Virus record (IMG/VR): IMGVR_UViG_3300008107_000057
Coordinates: 1-58,578 of that record
Length of the DNA: 58,578 nt
From: a virus
Taxonomy: Duplodnaviria > Caudoviricetes
Strand: one strand, 5' to 3'
The notes under the pieces are model-generated. The model saw only the letters and a list, made by a program, of their open reading frames with translations. It was not told where the DNA came from and searched no databases. The translations under genes and the position numbers were made by a program. Shown here piece by piece: positions 29,501 to 37,439 of the stretch; the stretch's first letter is position 1; every line of letters begins with the position of its first letter.

Positions 29501-32083
29501 GCTGGTAATTTAATTAACATATCAAACACCTTATTAGATGGTGGCGGAGATGGCAATAAAGACTTATTATTGATTGTAGTTTCGACTGGTTCTAACGGTG
29601 TTATACAAACAGTATCGGGTGTATCAGGTGTTGCAACACTTAGTGGTACTCCGATTCCAGTATTATCAGCCATTGATTTTAACGAAGTGCTTCAAGCGCC
29701 ATTACCATCGGGGCGCACATTAGAGTATAGTGCAATTGCATCCATTAATGTGACATTCCCTAATGCACACGGATTGGTCCCGGGACAAGGTATATCAGTA
29801 GTTATAGGTTCAGCAGGCACTAATCAATCTTTATTAAACGGTCCGTTCGTGGTTGAACAAGTACCGACATTGCAGACATTTAGATTTTCTGCAAGGTCAT
29901 CTGGAACTATTGGAACTTCGCCAACGATTACTGGAATAGTGTATCCAAGAACAGATGCATTCTTCTTGCATCGCCCGTTTGACGGCGGTGTATTACTAAG
30001 TACCGGTACTCCGGCACATGGTGCACAGGCAGTTCGTATGAGCAAGAAGTATATTCGTTATCAATCTGGTAAAGGTGCCATGTATACCACTGGTGCATTA
30101 TTTGCACCAAGTTATGACCTACGTAGCCTAACAGCAGAAAGTACGGCCTCAAATTCATTAATCACTATCACAGTCGACGACAACGACCACGGTCTTCAAA
30201 TTGGTGCAACTGTTAGGATTACCGGAGTTATAACCACTGGATATAACAATGATTACTCCGCCGTTGAAATAGTAGACGAGCGTATTTTTAAAGTACGGGC
30301 TAAGACACAGCTAGGCAATGTTACTGCTACTATTGGCTCTAGTTGTCAAATGGCCCACATTGGATGGCATGGCGCGGTAGTACGTGCAGGTGCGTTTGAT
30401 GATCAAAACGGTATTTTCTTTGAATACAATGGTCGTGAACTTGCTGTAGTAAGACGCTCTAGTACTTTCCAACTTGCAGGTACTGTGTCAATTAATGCAG
30501 ATTCAAATCTATGCTCTGGTACAAATACGAGATTTTTAGACCAAGTTGTTGCAGGTGATAGAATTATTATCAAGGGAATGACTCACGTTGTTACTGGTAT
30601 TACCAACAACACAACATTGACAGTTAACCCTGACTTCCGTGGTGTAAGCAATGTTGTTAATGCAAAGGTCTGTTTAATTCAAGATTATAGAATTCCACAA
30701 GACGAATGGAATCAAGATGCCTGCGACGGTACCGGACCTAGTGGTTACATTATCGACATTACAAAAATGCAGATGATTGGTATGCAGTATAGCTGGTACG
30801 GTGCTGGTTTTATCGACTGGATGTTCCGTGGTCCAAACGGTGACTATGTATTTGCACATAGATTAAAAGGTAATAATTTAAACACAGAAGCTTATATGCG
30901 TACTGGTAACTTACCAGTTCGTTACGAAGTGTTAAATGAAAGTGCTAGAAATAAATTAAGTGTCACATTAACAGCAATTGCAACGAGTATGACATTAATT
31001 GACGGTAACCAATTCCCAGATTTTGGTACAGTGTATGTTGATAATGAACTTATTTCATATACTTCTAAGACTGGTAATGTGCTTGGCGGACTATCGAGAG
31101 CAGTTGCATTGAGTAACTTTAATTCTGGATCACAAAGAACATATACAGCAGGCGCCGCCGCAATACACACTGCTGGTACTGGTGTCAACTTAGTATCGGT
31201 GCTGTCAAGTCCATTAATTAGCCACTGGGGTTCTGCCTATCTAATTGACGGTCAGTTTGACACTGATCGCGGTTATATTTTTAACTACCAAATTACTAAC
31301 TTTGCAGTTACAACTGTTAAGTCAACAGCATTTGCTATTCGACTAGCACCTAGTGTTTCAAACGCTATTACTGGTGACTTAGGCGAACGTGAATTGTTAA
31401 ACAGAGCGCAGTTATTATTGAACTCGCTGGAGATTGTGGGAGGTACTGCAAGTGCTAACTCGTTCGTTATTGAGGGTGTATTGAATCCACTTAACTATCC
31501 AGTTACAACTACTGATATTAATTGGTTTGGTCTTACATCAACAGCGCAGGGCGGTCAACCAAGTTTTGCACAGATTGCCAACGGTTCTAGCATTTTGTGG
31601 CTGAACACAGGATCTGCAGCAGCTACTGCAATTCAAGGCTACACTACCACACCTAGCTCTAGAATTAGAGTAGCTACTTTTACTTCGACCGAAGTTAGTG
31701 CAGTTCGACTAGGTTATGTTGTATCAGCTGCTGCTAGCATACAGCCAGGTACTGTTGTTGAAAAGATCGAATTTAACGTGCCTAGTGCAGGACAGACTAG
31801 AATCACAATCTCAAAAGACGTTACCGCTGCGGTAACTGGTGCAGTAACATTTAGTGCACCGGCATACGCACAACCGGGTGAACAGGTTTTTGCGTTCGTT
31901 GCTCCACTAGGTACTCGAGAAGTTATTGACTTGTCTGGATTGAAAGAATTAACGTCTACAGCAATTGGTGGTAGAGGTACATTTCCAAATGGTCCAGACG
32001 TGTTAGCAATTAACATTTACGTTACTGGTGGTGCTGCAACCAGTGCTAACTTGATTCTACGTTGGGGTGAAGCGCAGGCTTAA
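26534..32083 (+). CDS. large virion appendage protein (1849 aa) with a LamG/concanavalin-A-like lectin domain
   Basis: Paralog of 17066..25371. LamG-like segment (LLVHFD...GDFEIEAQFYP...NQWYHIAISR....LRLFVNG...GYIDEFRI) at about 28590-29270. Confidence 0.72.
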   Translation: MAKQLLKKYSFKPGVSYLGNLKPNAYELILANKTYLKKEVTAFLNAQVLAGANGFVGYTFSDVKCERDTNYVLDAYLFDLRYGGNEETRRVASKYWDGDVPQIDGDRIAEVVGHTFLRNLINNYILTNTAAPSYQAVVPQVIDLTKTRETDAVSRITALSGILIQVIQSGTSVLPAEVTGVSRIKIPKRYEQANVLLITNTTKNEIIYDFSDPAAGATIAFFRETTAEFPRLLEWAQGYTVLTLYYDTRTMLATDDIQIFVDEEYQITRPYKFGTDAMERMRVGIPQAMLDADFEYGLQPTKWQAIATSRGYPSTYEIPGSDLIVSLCVTDASTGTAGVGPSLITVTTVSPHFLSAGTPISIKALASSVSGFSRAEGTFLVNSVPSENTFTYYAKSRVGTISGSPIATSYTQLRLAGFYTGAALGSPTFSVASQGSAGTITALLSSPTGTTTVAFSGTAPLVSNPIATVTARFTGNCTTSTVLTVTAIATGVIVNDLTLSGTGVANGTKITSQLTSTEIGNTLGGRGTYQMSGSAQTIASTTISGSSINLGTQIASVTGPGGTIATVYASVNVEIGATEIPVVNATGVVPGAVIDNGSGAPMEVSSVVGNTIYFLSPRTTRLIGDGGIYNNVVGTNVVQTIDDTAVFSFTSGGGSYSLLSIDQTGQGYNINDTIVIPGSDVTYYTTTVLLVHFDQNPTGPYALSGFLDIANGIQPTITGAGTDALLSENIKRFGRSSLFLNNPTTLAATATGYLDYAINNNFLFVSGDFEIEAQFYPTTLGTATSKTLFDFREQSPDAAITLRINSSNNLVITIDGVEVIVGDTVLTTNQWYHIAISRTTNTLRLFVNGSQEGANYTDNVSYQAHTKVRLGADFTGARGFAGYIDEFRIRTVSTLYTGSYTVPTVPYTHDAQGSSGNSITLRVTATFSTGGIQSAAVISGTPPVNGEAYRQLSTGIVQIPTGINASFNITRSAGTYSGIAVSSGGTGYLAGNLINISNTLLDGGGDGNKDLLLIVVSTGSNGVIQTVSGVSGVATLSGTPIPVLSAIDFNEVLQAPLPSGRTLEYSAIASINVTFPNAHGLVPGQGISVVIGSAGTNQSLLNGPFVVEQVPTLQTFRFSARSSGTIGTSPTITGIVYPRTDAFFLHRPFDGGVLLSTGTPAHGAQAVRMSKKYIRYQSGKGAMYTTGALFAPSYDLRSLTAESTASNSLITITVDDNDHGLQIGATVRITGVITTGYNNDYSAVEIVDERIFKVRAKTQLGNVTATIGSSCQMAHIGWHGAVVRAGAFDDQNGIFFEYNGRELAVVRRSSTFQLAGTVSINADSNLCSGTNTRFLDQVVAGDRIIIKGMTHVVTGITNNTTLTVNPDFRGVSNVVNAKVCLIQDYRIPQDEWNQDACDGTGPSGYIIDITKMQMIGMQYSWYGAGFIDWMFRGPNGDYVFAHRLKGNNLNTEAYMRTGNLPVRYEVLNESARNKLSVTLTAIATSMTLIDGNQFPDFGTVYVDNELISYTSKTGNVLGGLSRAVALSNFNSGSQRTYTAGAAAIHTAGTGVNLVSVLSSPLISHWGSAYLIDGQFDTDRGYIFNYQITNFAVTTVKSTAFAIRLAPSVSNAITGDLGERELLNRAQLLLNSLEIVGGTASANSFVIEGVLNPLNYPVTTTDINWFGLTSTAQGGQPSFAQIANGSSILWLNTGSAAATAIQGYTTTPSSRIRVATFTSTEVSAVRLGYVVSAAASIQPGTVVEKIEFNVPSAGQTRITISKDVTAAVTGAVTFSAPAYAQPGEQVFAFVAPLGTREVIDLSGLKELTSTAIGGRGTFPNGPDVLAINIYVTGGAATSANLILRWGEAQA

Positions 32084-32340
32084 TTAGAAATAGACTCTAG
32101 CTTGAGTCTAATTTCTTTAACGATCAAAGAGTTATGTCGCTGTTGTGACATAACTCTTTTTACATCTTCGTAAAAGATATTTTCTAGTCCGGTGTCTATC
32201 TTGTGGACTTGATTTTTATAATCGCGTAGCAGGCTTTGATATTGTAGGCGATCTTGTGGATCAGCTAATTTATCAATTGCTTGTTGATAGCGTTTAATAT
32301 CGCTGTGGTATTGTTCTAAATCACTTATTTTCAAAGTCAT
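32080..32340 (-). CDS. hypothetical helical protein
   Basis: 86-aa ORF, last gene of the minus-strand block. Confidence 0.6.
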   Translation of the reverse strand: MTLKISDLEQYHSDIKRYQQAIDKLADPQDRLQYQSLLRDYKNQVHKIDTGLENIFYEDVKRVMSQQRHNSLIVKEIRLKLESISN

Positions 32341-32722
32341 AATCTTGGCTCATTATTAATACAGTATCAATTTTTGTTTTGATCAACGGATTAGTAATTG
32401 TAGATTTTAATCCAGTATGTAAATGTTTGGGTAATTCATCTAAATCACTCCAACATATAGTACGTGCTTCGGTAGTTAAGAATTCATCTTCCACTAAACA
32501 GATATATGTTCCATATTCAAAGCCCTTGTCTTCAGAAAGATAAAGTTCAATTGGTAGTATTTTACCTTCTGAGTTCTTATATTTTTTGATTAGAGTTTGA
32601 GCATCTTCGAAAATGTTACTTTCTATTTCAAAGGTAGGCACTGTCCACTTGGTATTTTCGTGGACTAATAAAATGCGTTTAGTTAACGATGATAAGAATA
32701 AGATGCCGGCACGTTTTTGCAT
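32321..32722 (-). CDS. degenerate NUDIX-fold protein
   Basis: RAGILFLS..TKRILL...WTVP, F.Y.TYICLVEDEF and W.DLDELP..LH resemble a NUDIX scaffold, but the GX5EX7REUXEE box is not intact. TAAGTA lies 4 nt upstream. Confidence 0.5.
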   Translation of the reverse strand: MQKRAGILFLSSLTKRILLVHENTKWTVPTFEIESNIFEDAQTLIKKYKNSEGKILPIELYLSEDKGFEYGTYICLVEDEFLTTEARTICWSDLDELPKHLHTGLKSTITNPLIKTKIDTVLIMSQDYDFENK

Positions 32723-32732
32723 CTAATACTTA

Positions 32733-34172
32733 TTAGGCATCCATCCTAAAGCGCCAGTAACCTGACTTGTACTCGCCTTCAAAACTCTTAAGCCACTGTG
32801 TACCATCCCAACGATATTGGATACCTGTCTTAAGATTCTGCGTGTATACTGGAGTCGATCCGTTGTTAGTACTAGCATCGAATACCACAGTCCACCCAGT
32901 GCCTGTGTATTCGATAATATCATAGGCACCGGCAGAGAAATCATCCCATGCCCATACACCAGATTTTATTATTCCAGTAGTTGGATTACTATCGTGTTCA
33001 GCATCATAGGTTCTATTTGTAGTAACAATATCATCCAGTATTAAATATCTTGCACCAGCAGTAACAGGTTTTGGATTAAATTTAACTGGATCAATGATTG
33101 CATCAATTGTTGTACGACCGGCAATAATTGTATTAGAAGGTTTTTCGTCAATGCTCACTAACAAGTACGTAGAGTCAACTTCGTTGACAACAAAGGTACC
33201 ACGCAATTCATAGCCGTTCGGCTGCATTAGGTAAATTTTGCTAATACCTGGCTGATAACCTTCGTGTTGTTGTAATATAATGTTCCAGTCAATGCGCTTA
33301 CCTAACTTAGCAGGTACATCGTCGGCTAGTGTTTGTAACGCTTCGCCCGGACTTAGAATGCTTAAATCGTAGTCGTTGCCCATTTGATTGTTACTCTTTA
33401 ACAATAGCACACCAAAATTACCCGGAGTGGTGTTATACTTCAACGGTGCATCGCCATTATACACAAGACTGTTAATATCTTGTACATCGCCCGAGTTGTT
33501 AAAAATGTTCATAATAATATTTTTAACAACGCCAAGACGTTTAACTTTGGCTGGCGGTGTAATATAAACCGGCATTGAACATTCGATCGTGCATATATCA
33601 ATATCTGATTCTGTGCCCATTGGAATACTTCGAGAACTAAAGTTAACTGATGATAAATCAACAACACTCAAACTTGTCCAATCTATGTAGTTGTCAGTGG
33701 TTTGAACTTCTAAACTAGGATTAAACAACACAAGTATTTGTTCTAATAGTTGTAATTTTTGATCAGTATTAGAAGTCCATATATCGCACTTCATAGTTAA
33801 CTTGTATGGCGTTGGCATTAACCGTTCAACAGTATAAGATGCACCTTGAGTTTCCTGATATATAGGATCGCCAAAGCTATCGTATTCGTTGTAGCCACGT
33901 TCTCTAATATTCATCTTACTGACAAAGCTAGCATCTGCTAGTCTTGTAGTATCTAGTTCTAATCCACTGATATAACAACTGATTCTAGGTACAGTCATCA
34001 TTTTATTTTCAGAGTTTTCTTTGATAATCGAAGCAACAGAACGACTCATGTCGCCATACATAACTGGCACATGTCGATGTTCCCCATCTCCTGATTGATA
34101 TTTAAATCCAATAAAGATACGCATAAATTGGGTTACATATCTTCTTATCTGGCCATCATAGAAAAAGTCCAT
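32733..34172 (-). CDS. gp15: tail sheath stabiliser / tail terminator
   Basis: MDFFYDGQIRRY..QF..IF, VPVMYG, PRIS, MPTPYKL...DIW.SNTDQKLQLLEQILVLFNP; extra C-terminal domain. Confidence 0.75.
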   Translation of the reverse strand: MDFFYDGQIRRYVTQFMRIFIGFKYQSGDGEHRHVPVMYGDMSRSVASIIKENSENKMMTVPRISCYISGLELDTTRLADASFVSKMNIRERGYNEYDSFGDPIYQETQGASYTVERLMPTPYKLTMKCDIWTSNTDQKLQLLEQILVLFNPSLEVQTTDNYIDWTSLSVVDLSSVNFSSRSIPMGTESDIDICTIECSMPVYITPPAKVKRLGVVKNIIMNIFNNSGDVQDINSLVYNGDAPLKYNTTPGNFGVLLLKSNNQMGNDYDLSILSPGEALQTLADDVPAKLGKRIDWNIILQQHEGYQPGISKIYLMQPNGYELRGTFVVNEVDSTYLLVSIDEKPSNTIIAGRTTIDAIIDPVKFNPKPVTAGARYLILDDIVTTNRTYDAEHDSNPTTGIIKSGVWAWDDFSAGAYDIIEYTGTGWTVVFDASTNNGSTPVYTQNLKTGIQYRWDGTQWLKSFEGEYKSGYWRFRMDA

Positions 34173-34330
34173 TAATTATATCCTTTGCTGTCACTGACGT
34201 TTTTGCAGTCCGGGCACTCACAGTCTGGACAGTATTCGCAATCTTGGCAGCTATGGCCGCAATGTTTCTTACAGCCGCATTTACAGTTAGTTGCGGCTGT
34301 ATATCGTTTGTAATCGTTGTAGTCGTCCAT
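34172..34330 (-). CDS. 52-aa Cys-rich metallothionein-like peptide (not in the ORF track)
   Basis: Manual translation: MDDYNDYKRYTAATNCKCGCKKHCGHSCQDCEYCPDCECPDCKNVSDSKGYN (10 Cys, 2 His). GGAGG SD at 34340-34336; the stop overlaps the gp15 start (TAATG). Confidence 0.75.
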   Translation of the reverse strand: MDDYNDYKRYTAATNCKCGCKKHCGHSCQDCEYCPDCECPDCKNVSDSKGYN

Positions 34331-34341
34331 ATAAGCCTCCA

Positions 34342-35538
34342 TTAATTATCTGCCTTTGGACGTAATGCTTTTGTAAGACTTTGACGTTCTTCAACAACAT
34401 GACCGTTGATAGTTGTCGTTGCTTCATTATTGATAAAAGTTGATTTCTGATTATTTCTAACAGACTTGCCTTCAAAGGGTTGACCGGAAGTTACGTCACT
34501 TGGTCCTAGATTACTCATAGTTGCTCTAGTAACATCTTCAACTCGTGCCCAATACTTTCCTGTGTATCTAAACAATCTGTTTGGTTTATAATCTGTTCTA
34601 AGATGATATTGTCCTTCTTGCATATTAAGTGGAAATGCAATGCCGCTGGTAAATGGAGCACCGTTAGGAGCAATGCCTTGACCTAATAGATAACCGTCAT
34701 AGCCTAGCTTGTCTGCGGTCTGTAACACCAAGCTAACATCAATTGCAGTATTAGAACTTGCAACGGTATCGCTGTCAACAGTGATTAATTCTGGAGTTCC
34801 ATCTTCTCTAACCTGTACAGTATAGAATGCAGCAGTTTCGTAGCCACTATATGGCGCATCTGCTTCGGCTTGATCAAGCACAGCAGACGTAATTTGCATT
34901 TCTTTTTCGTAAGTCGACATAACATCGCGCAGTGTAAGATTAGTATCTTCGCCGGCAACGCCGTCAAGAATATCTTTAAATTCCTGACTGTCGACTAGTG
35001 GTTTACACTTTGCACGATATAGATGAGGATACCAAGTTACAGAAAATCCTTCAGCAGCTCTAGTTACTTCTTCAATGACATAAAATCGTTTCAATGCAAA
35101 ACTCAGATCATTAAGCGCATATTCGTCTTTTAGATGCGGAAGTTCAATAACATCACCGGACATTATTTTTCTTCCAACTTTTTCTACAGTATCATTAATA
35201 TGGAATGTAACAAAGATAGTATCATTTTGAAGAAATAATCCAAACTGTGATAAGTTAAAATCTAAATCTTGAAGATTATAATGACCTCTAAGAAGATATA
35301 TGTCCGGATCATACTTACGGTCTCTATTTTCAAGGAATAACATATCCTGAATCTGTGTAGGATTTGTAGAACTATACGCAGGTGTACTGGGAGTATCGCC
35401 CTGTACGGAAGCTCCTGGTCCTAGATATTTGTGAACAAGGATATCTGTACCGCCAATTTGGAACATCTCCCATATATTGCGGTCTATAAATCTGTAATCG
35501 TTGCCCTTTTCAGGGCGGTATAAACTGAGTCTTGGCAT
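34342..35538 (-). CDS. gp14: neck / head-completion protein
   Basis: Starts MPRLSLYRPEKG at 35538; LSQFGLFL.ND and GDVIELP motifs; located beside gp13 and gp15. Confidence 0.7.
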   Translation of the reverse strand: MPRLSLYRPEKGNDYRFIDRNIWEMFQIGGTDILVHKYLGPGASVQGDTPSTPAYSSTNPTQIQDMLFLENRDRKYDPDIYLLRGHYNLQDLDFNLSQFGLFLQNDTIFVTFHINDTVEKVGRKIMSGDVIELPHLKDEYALNDLSFALKRFYVIEEVTRAAEGFSVTWYPHLYRAKCKPLVDSQEFKDILDGVAGEDTNLTLRDVMSTYEKEMQITSAVLDQAEADAPYSGYETAAFYTVQVREDGTPELITVDSDTVASSNTAIDVSLVLQTADKLGYDGYLLGQGIAPNGAPFTSGIAFPLNMQEGQYHLRTDYKPNRLFRYTGKYWARVEDVTRATMSNLGPSDVTSGQPFEGKSVRNNQKSTFINNEATTTINGHVVEERQSLTKALRPKADN

Positions 35539-35571
35539 AGTAGTATATTTACCGTTGTAATAAATAACAGT
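35539..35571. promoter_or_regulatory. back-to-back divergent late promoters (two TAAATA) in 33 bp
   Basis: Minus-strand TAAATA at 35551-35546 (7 nt from the gp14 ATG) and plus-strand TAAATA at 35561-35566 (5 nt from the gp13 ATG). Confidence 0.65.
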
Positions 35572-36330
35572 ATGAGCCAAATTAATCCAGACAAACAAGC
35601 CGTTTATGACTATTGCCGCACCATGCTAGGTGACGGAATGATTGACATCGAACTTGATCCAAAACATTACGAAACTGCATTAGACAGAGCATTGGCTGTA
35701 TTTCGCCAGCGCAGTGATAACTCCGTTGAAGAAAGCATGGCATTTTTGATCACTACAATTGATCAGAATGAATATTTTCTTCCAAAAGAAATTCAACAAG
35801 TTCGTCAAATTTTTAGACGTAGTGTTGGTTCACGTAGTGGCGGTGGTACTGGCGGCAGCGTATTTGAACCATTCAACCTAGCCTACACAAACACCTATCT
35901 ATTAAGTTCTACTAACATGGGCGGCCTAGCTACCTATGAACTGTTTGCTGGCTATCAAGAAATGGTAGGCAAAATGTTTGGTTCCTACATTAACTTTAAT
36001 TGGGTACCGCAGAGCCGCAAGATTGTTCTACAGCAACGCCCAAGAGCAGAAGAAGAACTCATGCTATGGGTATACAATACTCGCCCAGACAGTGCAATCA
36101 TCAATGACACCTATGCCGGGCAGTGGATCAAAGACTATTCTCTAGCTAACTGTAAAATGATGTTAGGTCAAGCTCGCGAAAAGTTTGCACAACTAGCAGG
36201 ACCACAAGGTGGATCAAGCCTTAACGGTGCAGCTATGAAGTCCGAAGCAGCGGCTGAAATTGAAAAACTTACAACAGATTTAACAATGTTGGTACCCGGT
36301 GGCCACGGCTACTCGTTTATAATCGGCTAA
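35572..36330 (+). CDS. gp13: neck protein
   Basis: DYCRTMLG.G.IDIEL, WIKDYSLA.CK.MLG..R.KF..L.GP.GG..LNG and a C-terminal FIIG match the gp13 pattern. Confidence 0.85.
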   Translation: MSQINPDKQAVYDYCRTMLGDGMIDIELDPKHYETALDRALAVFRQRSDNSVEESMAFLITTIDQNEYFLPKEIQQVRQIFRRSVGSRSGGGTGGSVFEPFNLAYTNTYLLSSTNMGGLATYELFAGYQEMVGKMFGSYINFNWVPQSRKIVLQQRPRAEEELMLWVYNTRPDSAIINDTYAGQWIKDYSLANCKMMLGQAREKFAQLAGPQGGSSLNGAAMKSEAAAEIEKLTTDLTMLVPGGHGYSFIIG

Positions 36331-36337
36331 GAAATAT

Positions 36338-36366
36338 TTGACTGTATTACAGATTTGCTACATAAT
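36338..36366 (+). promoter_or_regulatory. sigma70-like (early) promoter
   Basis: TTGACT-N17-CATAAT upstream of the dNMP kinase SD (GAGGA). Confidence 0.6.
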
Positions 36367-36387
36367 AGCATATCTAGAGGACAGTTT

Positions 36388-37071
36388 ATGATTATAGGCG
36401 TGTGCGGTTTTATTGGTTCAGGTAAAGATACAATAGCAGATTACCTTACAAACTTTCATGAATTTAGACGTGAAAGTTTTGCTAATACTTTAAAAGACGC
36501 AGTGGGTTATGTCTTTGGATGGGACAGAACCATGTTAGAAGGGCGCACAAAGCAAGCCCGAGAATGGCGTGAACAAGTGGATCCATGGTGGGCAGAACGA
36601 TTAGATATGCCTAACTTAACTCCTAGACTAATGCTTCAACTATGGGGCACTGAAGTGTGTCGCAGAGGTTTCCATGATGATATATGGATTGCTAGCCTAG
36701 AAAATAAACTCCGATCAAGTACAGACAATATTGTTATTAGTGACTGTCGCTTTCCTAACGAAATCAAATCAATTAAAGACGCCGGTGGTATCATTGTATG
36801 GGTTAGACGCGGTGAGCTACCTGAATGGTATGAAGATGCAGTTAATGCAAATCGTGGAGAAAATGGTAACTTCTCATGGTCCACTAGTAGAAGCAAACTT
36901 GAAAAATTAGGAATTCATGCCAGCGAAACGGCTTGGGTTGGCACTAAGTTTGATCATGTACTAGAGAATAGTGGCAGTATAGACGACTTGTTTACCCAAG
37001 TTAAAAGTCTGGTACAAGATCCCCTTGTCTCCATTGGATCCCTTCCTTATGAAGAATCCGTTGGCAGTTAG
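36388..37071 (+). CDS. deoxynucleoside monophosphate kinase (T4 gp1-like)
   Basis: MIIGVCGFIGSGKDT P-loop, SFANTLKD, TPR.MLQ.WGTE..R, VISDCRFPNE, HASE. ATG 36388 has an SD. Confidence 0.9.
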   Translation: MIIGVCGFIGSGKDTIADYLTNFHEFRRESFANTLKDAVGYVFGWDRTMLEGRTKQAREWREQVDPWWAERLDMPNLTPRLMLQLWGTEVCRRGFHDDIWIASLENKLRSSTDNIVISDCRFPNEIKSIKDAGGIIVWVRRGELPEWYEDAVNANRGENGNFSWSTSRSKLEKLGIHASETAWVGTKFDHVLENSGSIDDLFTQVKSLVQDPLVSIGSLPYEESVGS

Positions 37072-37333
37072 AACACACTGTTTTTAAGTTAGTGGGACGG
37101 CAGTTATTCAAGTCGCCGTCTACATGAAACACATTAAACACCTCCTTGTGTGGACTTTTAAATCCACATTTGTCGCAGGTGTTTTTCATTTTGTAGCCAG
37201 CACGATACCATCTAGGTATTGAACTATCATTACCATATAAGCAGCTTTCGCACTTACTTCTATAAAATGTTTTACCATTTTTATGGTAATTAATTGCAGC
37301 TGGCCTTAAACCGCACTTGCATAATGGTCTCAT
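37001..37333 (-). CDS. Zn-finger HNH endonuclease-like protein
   Basis: CxC and CxxC motifs plus HVDGDLNNCRPTNLKTVCSNC; TAAATA 5 nt upstream (37344-37339). Confidence 0.75.
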   Translation of the reverse strand: MRPLCKCGLRPAAINYHKNGKTFYRSKCESCLYGNDSSIPRWYRAGYKMKNTCDKCGFKSPHKEVFNVFHVDGDLNNCRPTNLKTVCSNCQRILHKEGIQWRQGDLVPDF

Positions 37334-37439
37334 GCAAATATTTAACCTTTTTGGCCCCTTTTGATACCGGTGTAAGCGACCCTTTTTTCAAATTAACAAT
37401 AAATATATTGAGTATATTAATACCGGGAGATTTATCAAG

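Noticed and set aside
22840-32083. Similar DNA patches in the two giant genes as a possible diversity-generating retroelement TR/VR pair
   Set aside because: Differences are mostly synonymous and not adenine-specific, both copies are coding, and there is no reverse transcriptase in the window; ordinary paralogy explains it.
34287-34475. Listed 62-aa minus-strand ORF overlapping the gp14 end
   Set aside because: It is an out-of-frame overlap with gp14 and has no SD; the 34172-34330 Cys-rich frame has an SD and coupling at both ends.
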